Assembly (NCBI GenBank): GCA_963745835.1
Contig: CAVUZH010000019.1
Span: 128,001 to 192,000 of the forward strand
Direction: 5' to 3'
Origin: an uncultured delta proteobacterium
GTDB taxonomy: Bacteria; Desulfobacterota; Binatia; UBA9968
DNA length: 64,000 bases
Made by a program: the position numbers and the translations under genes. Positions 20,053-29,168 of this stretch are shown piece after piece (within the stretch, counting starts at the first letter, position 1; every line of letters begins with the position of its first letter). The notes under the pieces were generated by a model, which saw nothing but the letters and a program-made list of their open reading frames with translations, ran no database searches and was not told where the DNA came from.

Positions 20053-20919
20053 TTAGGAAAGCCGCCAACTCACAAAACCCCAGCCGGTGGCCACAAAGTC
20101 AGGCATGTAAGAAGTGTAAGTGGCTTTCGCATTTCCGACAGCGCCAACGACAACCATCCAGTTGAGAAATTCACTGTCTCCCGCTTTCAACAATTCGTCG
20201 ACCGAGTAGTCGGCCAAGCTCGGTCCCTTGCCCTGGCGCAAGATTTCCAACAGTTTATGATCGAACTGCGTGTCGATCTCACCGATTCTCGGCGAGCCCG
20301 GGAAGTGGGATAGGCCTCCCGTCGCAAGAATCGCGACGCGCTCCGGTGAGTTGCCAGCGACTCCTCGGATCAGCTCACCAACCTGATAGCAACGCTTCGG
20401 CGTCGGCGCCGGAGCAACCCAGGTGTTCACATAGACCGGTAAGATTGGAATCCTTGGTTCAGGCAAAAGGAAATACAAGGGCACGTTTTGCGTATGCTGC
20501 AACTCGACATGTTCGCCGAACGAGAAATCGATCCCCTTCTCCATGCCAGCAGCGACGATGGCTCGTCCAAGCTCTTTGTGATTGCGGTAACGAAACTTAT
20601 GCCGGGTAAAATGGCCGTGGACCTCGTCGGCCAGAGTCACAAAAAAAGTTGGAATGTTGTTCCAAAAAAAGTTTACGAACTGATCATTAGCGACGACGAT
20701 GAGAACATCCGGCCTGGCTTCTTCGAGATCGGTACGTAAAGCAGCGAACGCGGCCTCGGCGTCACGTCTGAGCCTTTTCTGTTGTTCTAGTGTCGGTCTT
20801 GACGCGGACCCTTGTGGCGCCATGCTGTAGTGCAAATCCATGAAGTCTTCCCATTCGGCGCCGGGCTGTAAAAGAATATTTGGCGCATGACTGGCAGCCA
20901 TTGCCGAGACTAGCGGCAT
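20053..20919 (-). CDS. LigB/MhpB-like class III extradiol ring-cleavage dioxygenase
   Basis: ASHAP, PDVLIVV.ND, ATGGLSH, FD, SEFLNW. Confidence 0.88.
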   Translation of the reverse strand: MPLVSAMAASHAPNILLQPGAEWEDFMDLHYSMAPQGSASRPTLEQQKRLRRDAEAAFAALRTDLEEARPDVLIVVANDQFVNFFWNNIPTFFVTLADEVHGHFTRHKFRYRNHKELGRAIVAAGMEKGIDFSFGEHVELQHTQNVPLYFLLPEPRIPILPVYVNTWVAPAPTPKRCYQVGELIRGVAGNSPERVAILATGGLSHFPGSPRIGEIDTQFDHKLLEILRQGKGPSLADYSVDELLKAGDSEFLNWMVVVGAVGNAKATYTSYMPDFVATGWGFVSWRLS

Positions 20920-21035
20920 GATTCGCACTCCTTTGCGTGATCACCGTCTCTTTCTCTGGTCTCGATTGACCTCATAGTATTAAGAAAGCTATAGCAAAAT
21001 CATTAGCAAGTGAAAACTCAAGCGCACTGGAGGCA

Positions 21036-21182
21036 CTATAGCATTCGATAACCCCTTACTGACCAGTAAACAAGGATGAAAACGACAACCACTGAGATGA
21101 TGGGATGAGCTATAACCCAGTTCAACCCGGGTTCAAGTGCATACCGCAACGTATAGTCAAAAAGCTTTTCGAGTCGGTCCAT
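21036..21182 (-). CDS. small single-TM protein (48 aa, not in ORF track)
   Basis: GAAAGGGG RBS; MDRLEKLFDYTLRYALEPGLNWVIAHPIISVVVVFILVYWSVRGYRML*. Confidence 0.6.
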   Translation of the reverse strand: MDRLEKLFDYTLRYALEPGLNWVIAHPIISVVVVFILVYWSVRGYRML

Positions 21183-21250
21183 CCGCAGCCCCTTTCTCGT
21201 GCACCACTCTTGACAAATGCCGGAACATTTTAACCAAACGGGGACTGGAC

Positions 21251-21280
21251 CGCCAATGTAAAAAGCTTTTTACATCGGCG
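21251..21280. promoter_or_regulatory. 30-bp near-perfect palindrome (putative operator)
   Basis: CGCCA-ATGTAAAAAGCTTTTTACAT-CGGCG; the 20-bp core is a perfect palindrome. Confidence 0.5.
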
Positions 21281-21712
21281 CTTGGATCAGAAGCCGTGGA
21301 AATAATCTTGAGCTTGGAACGCAGTCAACATTTTCCACCGTTGGGGACCTCCAAGCACTTTCAACCACTCTTATCAATTTTATGTCAAACCACACCGCCA
21401 AAATGTACCACTCTGAACTATGAAAAGCGTGTGTTGCTTGGCTATGTCCTAAGCTCGTATGGCAGCCAAACCTGGATCAAGGCTGAACGACAACCACAAA
21501 GAACCTGACAATCGTTCCCCGGTACACCAGAGCAGCCGATGACACACGACACCCGTGGAGTGTAAGGAGGAGATGATATGTCATTGAGCCTGGCTATAAG
21601 TTCTCGTGCGAACAGGAGCAGTTCGCCGCTGAGTTCACCCGACCCGCCAACGTTTCGTTCGTGAGGAAAGGCCGCGGATTAAAAGTTGTGAGTGAGTTGA
21701 AGAGCTTAGAGG

Positions 21713-21785
<73 letters not shown>

Positions 21786-22003
21786 ATACGCGTAAAAACA
21801 TTTACCTAGCGGGTTTGTTGTGGGGATTCAAGAGGTCGTGCGGGAGAGCTGCGATTATCATGCGTCTCGATCCAGCGCTGGGAAGAAGCCGTCGCGGTGA
21901 ACATCAAATATGGGGCTTTGAACATAAAGTTTTGGGGACGCGCGAGAGTTATCGCCGTTTGTGACCCTAGATCCGAAAACTCCGTACACCACCTGTCAAA
22001 ACC

Positions 22004-22032
22004 TTGACGAAGATCAAGTGGGCTTATAGTTT
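22004..22032 (+). promoter_or_regulatory. possible sigma70 promoter for the catabolic cluster
   Basis: TTGACG then TATAGT (15-bp spacer) or TAGTTT (17-bp spacer). Confidence 0.3.
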
Positions 22033-22121
22033 GCCTTATGGCGCACTTTTAAGAAACCTCTGAGTAAAGCAACTGGACACGGAATACGCAGTCAGGGACA
22101 TACTAACGGAAAGGAACTGGA

Positions 22122-22393
22122 GTGGCATTATTCTACGAAGACTTGATTGAGCCAACAATTGTCAAGCAGGTGAGCAGACAGATCGCATACTGCCGCTGCA
22201 CCCGGACTAAGAATCTGCCTTTCTGCGATGGCTCTCATGCCGGCACCAACATTAGCCCACGCGTGCTTGAATTTCATGAACCAAAACTATTGCTATTTGC
22301 CGCTGTTGGAGATCAAAAGACCATCCCTATTGCGACGGCACACACGGCCGGCTGATAAAACCTAAAGAGCGTCCGAAGCGGGGCCATGAGTGA
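22122..22393 (+). CDS. tandem CDGSH [2Fe-2S] protein (MiNT-like), frameshift near 22287
   Basis: YCRCTRTKNLPFCDGSH and, in the shifted frame, ICRCWRSKDHPYCDGTH; TGA at 22391-93. Confidence 0.85.
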
Positions 22394-22456
22394 GTTCGTT
22401 TGTACGTCGAATGAGCGGGAATGGAGTCGAACAAATTGAACGAATCAGGAGGAATT

Positions 22457-22843
22457 ATGGTGGAGATGAAAAATCCGATTAAAGAAGCCGACGCCCATCC
22501 GGAGATCCGGCATTTGAGTTTGTGGAGAACTGAGCTTGCTTATGCATGGGTGATCAACTGCGAACCGGGAATTCAAGACGACATGCACTATCACGAGAAT
22601 GACGATCATATCTTCATGGTTCTGGAGGGCGAGTGCACAGTACGCACACCACACAAAGAATTCGTGCTCAAGCAACACGACACGGTGATGCTGCAATCCA
22701 AGCAGCCGTATCAACTGTGTAACACCGGCAAGGGAAGATTGCTGTTACTCGGAGCTGGGAACGCCGGAGTGAATGGCGTGCCACGAAGCCGAGTACCAGA
22801 CGTGGCGAGTCATACGCCGGTACAGGAACCGATAGTGGCGTAA
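22457..22843 (+). CDS. cupin domain protein
   Basis: MHYHENDDHIFMVLEG, LCNTG; AGGAGG RBS. Confidence 0.85.
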   Translation: MVEMKNPIKEADAHPEIRHLSLWRTELAYAWVINCEPGIQDDMHYHENDDHIFMVLEGECTVRTPHKEFVLKQHDTVMLQSKQPYQLCNTGKGRLLLLGAGNAGVNGVPRSRVPDVASHTPVQEPIVA

Positions 22844-22848
22844 GCCGG

Positions 22849-23718
22849 ATGGACCAAATTAAAATCGGCATCGGTGTTTCCAGCATAGGACGTTTTTTAC
22901 CGTTGATCGGGCTGGCGGCGGGACTTTTTGAGAGGGAGAACATCGCGGTCGAGGTGGTCAATCGACAGGATGAAGAGAAGATCGTCGACGATATTGTCGC
23001 TGGCGTTACGCCAGTTGGGACGCCCAACGCTCCCTCTTTGATTTTTTCATTACTTGCGGGCAACGATCTGGTGATTGTCGGTGGGGTGCTCAACCGGCCG
23101 GCATTTTTTTTAGCCGGCAATCCTTCGGTTAAAAGCATCGTCGATCTAAAAGGCAAGCGAATCGGTATCAACCAGCCGCGCCGCATGGCGGGTATGGTGA
23201 TGCTTGCATTGCTCAGGCGCTGGGGCTTTGATATTGAAAAGGATCTGACGCTGGTCGACCTCGGTCTCAATGATCGAAGCCTGGAAGCGCTCAGAGATAA
23301 CCAGCTCGACGCTGCGCTACTGCCGCCGGAGAAGGCGTTTTTAGCGGAAGCGGAAGGTTGTAGCATCATCGCCGACAGTTTCGAGCTCGACTTTCATTGG
23401 GTGCCTCTCGCCACGAGCCGGCGATTTTTATCCGATAACAGACAACTAGTTGCTAACATTGCCGGCGTTTACGTCGAGAGCATTCAATTCTTTAAAACCC
23501 AGCCGGAGAAGACACTGAAAGAGATCGGTCGTTGGCTGCCGGCTCTAGCGAATAAGCCGGAAGTGTTAGCCAAGTGTTATCGTCTCTTCACCGACCGGTT
23601 CGAAGATTCTTTGACGCCTTCGGTGACCTCCATCAGCTCCATCCTCAAAGATGCGGCCTTGCAGGACTCGAGGGCGGGCGGCATCAGAGCTGAATCGATG
23701 ATAGAAAAGGTTCTTTAA
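22849..23718 (+). CDS. NMT1/THI5-like PBP2-fold protein without signal peptide
   Basis: GLFERENIAVE, DLKGKRIGIN, LDAALL; starts MDQIKIGIG. Confidence 0.78.
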   Translation: MDQIKIGIGVSSIGRFLPLIGLAAGLFERENIAVEVVNRQDEEKIVDDIVAGVTPVGTPNAPSLIFSLLAGNDLVIVGGVLNRPAFFLAGNPSVKSIVDLKGKRIGINQPRRMAGMVMLALLRRWGFDIEKDLTLVDLGLNDRSLEALRDNQLDAALLPPEKAFLAEAEGCSIIADSFELDFHWVPLATSRRFLSDNRQLVANIAGVYVESIQFFKTQPEKTLKEIGRWLPALANKPEVLAKCYRLFTDRFEDSLTPSVTSISSILKDAALQDSRAGGIRAESMIEKVL

Positions 23719-23726
23719 AAAGTCCT

Positions 23727-24932
23727 ATGATAGAAACCATCAGAACCGTCGGTGTTCTCGGGTTGGGAGTGATGGGGTTTGACATCGCGTTTCTCTACGC
23801 ACAGAAAGGTTATCCAACGCTGGTTTACGACACTTCGGAAGCGGCCATGCAAAACCTTGTGCGCCGTCGCGATCAAACCATCGAGCGGTTGAAGAAACGC
23901 AATAGGATTTCCGAGATTGAAATCGAAAGCGTTAAAAAAAGCCTAGTTCCGGCGGCGAGCCTGTCGGACATGGCGAGCGCCGCCTTAGTGACCGAAGCCG
24001 TCTCGGAATCCGGCAAGATCAAAAAATCCGTATACAGGACCTTGCGCGAAACCGGCTTCACCGGAGTTCTCACCACTAATACATCGGCACTGACGCGGAA
24101 AAGCCTGCTTGATAGCGGCGAATACCCACAGGAGAAATTTGCCGCGACGCACTTTTTCAACCCGGTGCTTTACACCCAAATGGTAGAGGTCGTCAGAGAA
24201 GGCATAAACGATTCGAGTTATGCTACTTTGATGTCGTTCCTTATCGATCTCGGCCGCAAGCCGATAGAGACGAAAGACATTTCGGGGTTCGTATCGAACA
24301 GCGTCTTGATGAATTACGGCGTGATGGCGCTTCGCCTGCTCGAGGCGGGTGGGACGATCGAGGCTGTTGACGGGGCAGCCAAAGAACTGCGGTCATTGCC
24401 ACCTTTGTTCAGTTTCGACAGCTGGAAGCCATCCATTGTTGAAGATGTCACGCGCGTTATGTTCGAATTCCGCGGCGATGATTTTTTGCGATCCTCCACG
24501 CTGCTTGCCACATTGGCGAAAAGCAATCCGTGCTTTTACGTCGATCAGAAGCCCAATGCGGAAATCTATAATCTAATAGAAAAACGCGGTGCCGGGCTCG
24601 ATCCGTCGATGCTCAAACTGGCTCTTCTCACTTCGATCCGGATTGGCGCCGCAAGGACGGTGGAGTTGGGTGAATCGCCGGCAACGGTCGATTTCATTTC
24701 CACCGAGGGCTTGAAATTTCCAGGCGCGCCACTGGCCAAGATCGATGAATTCGGTGCGGAGGCGGTGTTGGAGGATCTGGCAAAAGTGAACCAGGCGATT
24801 CCGGGATGCAAGATGAAGGCGCCGGAGCTTTTGCTGGCAATGGCCAAGGAGCGGCATAGTTTCTTTAAGGACGGCAAAGCCAATCCGGCGATTGCTGCGT
24901 TCGTCAGCGGGAGAGATCATGCGCGCCATTGA
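23727..24932 (+). CDS. 3-hydroxyacyl-CoA dehydrogenase family protein
   Basis: GLGVMG, EAVSE...K, TNTS, HFFNP...VE, GFVSN. Confidence 0.88.
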   Translation: MIETIRTVGVLGLGVMGFDIAFLYAQKGYPTLVYDTSEAAMQNLVRRRDQTIERLKKRNRISEIEIESVKKSLVPAASLSDMASAALVTEAVSESGKIKKSVYRTLRETGFTGVLTTNTSALTRKSLLDSGEYPQEKFAATHFFNPVLYTQMVEVVREGINDSSYATLMSFLIDLGRKPIETKDISGFVSNSVLMNYGVMALRLLEAGGTIEAVDGAAKELRSLPPLFSFDSWKPSIVEDVTRVMFEFRGDDFLRSSTLLATLAKSNPCFYVDQKPNAEIYNLIEKRGAGLDPSMLKLALLTSIRIGAARTVELGESPATVDFISTEGLKFPGAPLAKIDEFGAEAVLEDLAKVNQAIPGCKMKAPELLLAMAKERHSFFKDGKANPAIAAFVSGRDHARH

Positions 24933-25761
24933 TGTTCACGTTCACCCGAGCACGCGCGGACTCGACACCCATGCTTGCAACTATTTTCGCCGTGACTTGA
25001 GCGAAGTGCCACGAACGGCGGACGGGTTCGCCGATGTTTATTTGCAGCACGACGTCAAAGCATTGCTGATCGGCTGGCATCCTTCGACGGTAACTGAGGG
25101 CGCGCGCAATTCCAACGAGCATGCCATCGAGCTCGTGTCCAACCATCCCAAGTCATTTTGCGGCGTGCTGGCATCGCTGGATATCCATTCGACCGATTTG
25201 CCGGGAGTCGCCCGCTATGCCGAGGAGCTGGTGCGGAATCCAAAGGTCATCGGCTTTAAATTTCATCCGCCCGACCAGGGGTTCTATCCGAGCGATAAGA
25301 GATTCTACGACATTTGGGAAGTCTTGCAGGCGGGCGGCAAACCGGCGATGTTCCACATAGGTTTCACTGTGCTCGGGGCAAACACGCCGGGTGGCAGCGG
25401 CATCGGTCTCGATTATGGACGTCCGATTCATTTAGACACACTTGCCAAAGATTTCCCGCACATGAAAATTCTCGCCGCACACCCGGGTTGGCCGTGGGTT
25501 GAAGAGACAGTGGGCGTGGTGACACACAAGAAAAACGTCCACGTCGACACTTCTGGATATCTTGCAGAGCAGTTGCCGGAATTGTTTCAGAAGGCGATCG
25601 GCACGCGGCTACAGGACAAGGCGCTTTTCGGCACGGATTTCCCTTACGTCGATCTAGCCAAGGCGCTTGCAAGCTTCGATAGGATGAATTTCAAAGATGC
25701 CGTCAAGGAAAAGCTGCTTCTGGCGAACGCGCGCAATCTGTTTGGGCTGCCAGCTGAGTAG
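24919..25761 (+). CDS. amidohydrolase_2 family protein
   Basis: IDVHVH, GFKFHP, FHIG, AHPGWPW, LFGTDFP. Confidence 0.9.
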   Translation: MRAIDVHVHPSTRGLDTHACNYFRRDLSEVPRTADGFADVYLQHDVKALLIGWHPSTVTEGARNSNEHAIELVSNHPKSFCGVLASLDIHSTDLPGVARYAEELVRNPKVIGFKFHPPDQGFYPSDKRFYDIWEVLQAGGKPAMFHIGFTVLGANTPGGSGIGLDYGRPIHLDTLAKDFPHMKILAAHPGWPWVEETVGVVTHKKNVHVDTSGYLAEQLPELFQKAIGTRLQDKALFGTDFPYVDLAKALASFDRMNFKDAVKEKLLLANARNLFGLPAE

Positions 25762-25840
25762 CCTCCAGGCGCCGAATATCGCCGAGTTACAGCCGCGAGG
25801 GTTTCACATCAGTGATTGCGGAAGAATCGGAGCGGGCTAT

Positions 25841-26836
25841 TTGAAACCTATGATACTGATCTGCCTTTTAATCCTGGGCATGTTCTCGCAGGCAGGTGTC
25901 GCGTTTTCCCAAGACAAAGTCGAGAGAATGCACATTGGTTATAGCGCCCAAGCCGGTGCATTCGCGCCGATCTGGATCACCAAAGAGGCCGGCTTGTTCA
26001 ACAAAAACGGTCTGGATGTCAACCTGCTTTTCATTCCCGGCGGGCCGACAGCGGCGGCGTCGATGCTTGCAGGCGAGGTCCAGGCGGTAGCAATGGCTGG
26101 TCCGGCAGTTGTAAGCAGCAATCTGGGCGGCACCGATCTCGTGATGATCGCCGGCATCGTCAACACATTTGCATTTCAGGTTATCACAGTCAAAGGAATT
26201 ACATCACCGAGCCAGCTCAAGGGCAAGCGTTTGGGTGTCAATCGATTCGGCACGGCGCCGGATATAGCCGCGCGTTTCGCGCTGCGGCGCATGAGTATCG
26301 ATCCGAGCGAAGTGACGATCCTGCAACTTGGCGAACAGTCGACCCGCCTGATGGCGATGAAAGCGGGACAACTTGAAGCCGCCATCGTGCTGCCGCCGAT
26401 CACGACCATCGCGCAACGCGAAGGCATGAACGTGCTTTTGGATATGTCCGAGCTCGGGGCGGAATATCAGATCACCGGTTTAGCCAGCAGCCAGAGCTTC
26501 ATTAGCAAAAATCGACCTTCCGCAATGAAGCTGATGCGCTCGTTTGTCGAAGGAATCCATTTCTACAAGACGCGCAAAAACGAAAGCATGGCGATCATAG
26601 CTAAATACATGCGCACCAACGACATGGAAGCGGTCGGCGCCACTTATGATTACTTTGCCAACAAAATCGTTCCCAAGAAGCCGTATCCGACCGGTCAAGG
26701 AATCAAAGCTTTGCTCGAGCTCGCGGCGAAAGAACGTCCCGATGCTGCGAAGGTACCGCCAGACCGGATTATGAACACTTCGTTGTTGAAGGAATTAGAT
26801 GATAGCGGGTTTATCGATCGGCTTTATCAAAACTAA
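25841..26836 (+). CDS. NMT1/THI5/SsuA-like solute-binding protein
   Basis: Signal peptide, GLFNKNGLDV, LKGKRLGV, C-terminal ELDDSGFIDRLY. Confidence 0.88.
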   Translation: MKPMILICLLILGMFSQAGVAFSQDKVERMHIGYSAQAGAFAPIWITKEAGLFNKNGLDVNLLFIPGGPTAAASMLAGEVQAVAMAGPAVVSSNLGGTDLVMIAGIVNTFAFQVITVKGITSPSQLKGKRLGVNRFGTAPDIAARFALRRMSIDPSEVTILQLGEQSTRLMAMKAGQLEAAIVLPPITTIAQREGMNVLLDMSELGAEYQITGLASSQSFISKNRPSAMKLMRSFVEGIHFYKTRKNESMAIIAKYMRTNDMEAVGATYDYFANKIVPKKPYPTGQGIKALLELAAKERPDAAKVPPDRIMNTSLLKELDDSGFIDRLYQN

Positions 26837-26974
26837 GCCTAGTTCAAGCTTCAATGGTCAATATTCGTTCGACCTCGCTGTCAAACTGGAAGAATGGGGA
26901 GCAGCGTGCGTTTTGAACTTTGATCGCTTTAACTTCTCGATGGAATGCTGAACGGATCGTGAGGAGAAAAGAAT

Positions 26975-28666
26975 ATGGCTGGAAACGGTAAGCAAAGAAC
27001 TGTGGCGCAGGCCTATCTCGAGGTCGCCGTGGACCATGGCATTGATTATGTTTTTGGTCTGCCGGGAACGAGCGGCCAGGAGTTCATCGGCACTATCGCC
27101 GACCAGGAAAAGGTCCGCTTCGTTCTTGCGCTCCATGAGACCTGCGTGGTTTCGATGGCCGATGGCCACGCCCGGGTCAGCGGCCGGCCGTCACTTGCAC
27201 AGGTAAGCACTCTTCCCGGTTCAGTCAATGCCGTCGGCGCTCTCTACGACGCTTACCGCGACCGCTCTCCCGTGGTAGTGACCTCGACCCATGTCGATAC
27301 CCGTATCGTTGGGCGTGACTCCCACACCGAAGGCAAGGATCTTGTCGAATTGACAAAGCAATTCACCAAGTGGAGCGCGGAAGTGCATCGCTCCGATCGC
27401 ATTCCGGAATTTCTCAATCGCGCATTTAAAGTCGCGGCGACCCCTCCCACGGGTCCGGTGTATCTGTCGCTACCGAGCAATCTCCTGGGCGAAAACATCG
27501 ATCAGCAAAATCCTGTGGCGGAACGCTCGCGCATCACGCCAAGGATCGCCGCCGATCCGGAAGCGTTGCAACAGGCGGCACGAATGCTCGCCAGTGCCAA
27601 TCGGCCCCTCATCGTTGCCGGCAGCGGCATCGCCAAGTCAGGCGGCACGGAGGATTTGATCAAGTTCGCCGAGATGCTGGGCGCGCCGGTAGTCATGGAG
27701 CCGCGTTATTCTTTCTTGAGTTTCCCAACCGATCATCCCCAGAGCTTTCAAATTGCCGAACGCAACCCGTCTTTCAATCTCCCCGTGTGGGGTGATCCGG
27801 ACGTGATTCTCGCGATTGGCTGCCGTTTGATTCGCGAGTATCGTTATCTGCCTGAACCGGTGATGAAGCCGGACACCCTCTGCATTCACATCGAGGAAGA
27901 TCCCTGGGAGATCGGCAAAGTTTTTCCGGTGGATCTTGGCATCATCGCCGACGGCGGGAGTGCGCTGCGTTCTCTTCTAGAGGTCTACCCGAAAGTGGCT
28001 GCGGGTGCGAATGGCCGCGAGGAACGCTTAGCGGCCATTCGCAAGGCTCAGGAACAGGTGAAAGCCGAGCTCGACGCGCGCGTGAAGCAGGGCTGGGACG
28101 GCACACCGATCAACGCCGCTCGGCTTGCTCGGACCATGGACCGACTGCTCGAAAGAGACACCTTGATCGTGAACGAAAGTCCAACGAGCAAGGATATTCT
28201 CATGGCGAATTTTAAGTTTTCAACCGGTCGGTCCTACTTTTCCAACTCGTCAGGCGGGTATCTCGGCTGGGGCCTTGGCGCAGCGATCGGCGCCAAACTT
28301 GCCGCGCCGAGGCGGCGCGTGGTCGCGTGTCTGGGCGACGGCAGCAGCATGTTCGGCCTCCAGGGACTCTGGACCCTGGCTAAATATCGCGTGCCGCTGA
28401 TCGTGATCGTGTTCAACAATCGCGCCTACATGGCAGTAAAAAATCAATTCCGGGGCTCCGAGGAGAGAATCCGTCTGGCCGCCGAGATGGGCGCAGAGCT
28501 GGTCGGACCCGAGTTGAACTTTGCGCGGCTGGCCGACACATTTGGTATCTTCGGGCAAAGAGTCGAGCAGCCGGACGCCATCGAACCCGCGATCAAGCGG
28601 GCACTGGAGCAGAATGGGCCGGCGCTGATCGACGTCGTCATCGGTCAGAACACACGAAAGGATTGA
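26975..28666 (+). CDS. ThDP-dependent enzyme (benzoylformate decarboxylase-like)
   Basis: FGLPGT, LHE...SMADG, GPVYLSLP, GDGS...NNRAY ThDP motif. Confidence 0.9.
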   Translation: MAGNGKQRTVAQAYLEVAVDHGIDYVFGLPGTSGQEFIGTIADQEKVRFVLALHETCVVSMADGHARVSGRPSLAQVSTLPGSVNAVGALYDAYRDRSPVVVTSTHVDTRIVGRDSHTEGKDLVELTKQFTKWSAEVHRSDRIPEFLNRAFKVAATPPTGPVYLSLPSNLLGENIDQQNPVAERSRITPRIAADPEALQQAARMLASANRPLIVAGSGIAKSGGTEDLIKFAEMLGAPVVMEPRYSFLSFPTDHPQSFQIAERNPSFNLPVWGDPDVILAIGCRLIREYRYLPEPVMKPDTLCIHIEEDPWEIGKVFPVDLGIIADGGSALRSLLEVYPKVAAGANGREERLAAIRKAQEQVKAELDARVKQGWDGTPINAARLARTMDRLLERDTLIVNESPTSKDILMANFKFSTGRSYFSNSSGGYLGWGLGAAIGAKLAAPRRRVVACLGDGSSMFGLQGLWTLAKYRVPLIVIVFNNRAYMAVKNQFRGSEERIRLAAEMGAELVGPELNFARLADTFGIFGQRVEQPDAIEPAIKRALEQNGPALIDVVIGQNTRKD

Positions 28667-28679
28667 GGAGGGTTATCAA

Positions 28680-28762
28680 CGGCGCAGTTCACCAAGAGCG
28701 CGACGGTTAAGTGTTTCGGACCTTCTCTCAAATTTCGTGGTCTTGGTGTAACTCGCGGTAAA
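28680..28762. repeat. degenerate intergenic inverted repeat
   Basis: CACCAAGA ... TCTTGGTG pairing arms. Confidence 0.3.
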
Positions 28763-28793
28763 ATGGCCGATCATTTCTAAAGGAGGATAAGAT

Positions 28794-29168
28794 ATGGCGG
28801 ATGAGGCCAAGGATGCTTTTAAAAAAGTCGGTCTGGGTTCCGCGAACAACGCCTACGACATCATTGCCGAATTGGATCCTGAATATTTCGAAAAGCTCAA
28901 GGGACTCTACGTTGACGGCACCTTCGGTCGCGAGGGCGCATTGCCGAGAAAGACCAAGGAGCTGATCATGATCGGCATCTGTTGTGCGTTGCTACGCCCG
29001 CGCGGCATCCGCTTGCATAGCGAGCGCGCGCTCACCCTCGGCGCCACGCCGAAAGAACTGATGGAGGCGATGGAAGTCGCGGCGATTCCCGGAGGCATGC
29101 CCGGGCTTTGGGCCGGGGTCGAGACTCTCCATGAAATTCTCAAGGCAAAAGGCATCGAGTTCAAATGA
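28794..29168 (+). CDS. carboxymuconolactone decarboxylase/AhpD-fold protein
   Basis: GALPRKTKELI...H...AL..GAT..EL.EA. Confidence 0.88.
   Translation: MADEAKDAFKKVGLGSANNAYDIIAELDPEYFEKLKGLYVDGTFGREGALPRKTKELIMIGICCALLRPRGIRLHSERALTLGATPKELMEAMEVAAIPGGMPGLWAGVETLHEILKAKGIEFK

Noticed and set aside
21137-21508. 123-aa plus-strand ORF
   Set aside because: No RBS or motif; it overlaps the better-supported minus-strand small ORF and its regulatory region.
18485-21712. Genomic island integrated at tRNA-Phe
   Set aside because: No integrase, no duplicated tRNA 3' end and no clear compositional boundary in the window.
26837-26974. GTTCAA...TTGAAC degenerate repeats (also 37620-37650) and TGCTGGA repeats at 2140-2170
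   Set aside because: Too degenerate to delimit; probably decayed intergenic repeats with no supportable function.
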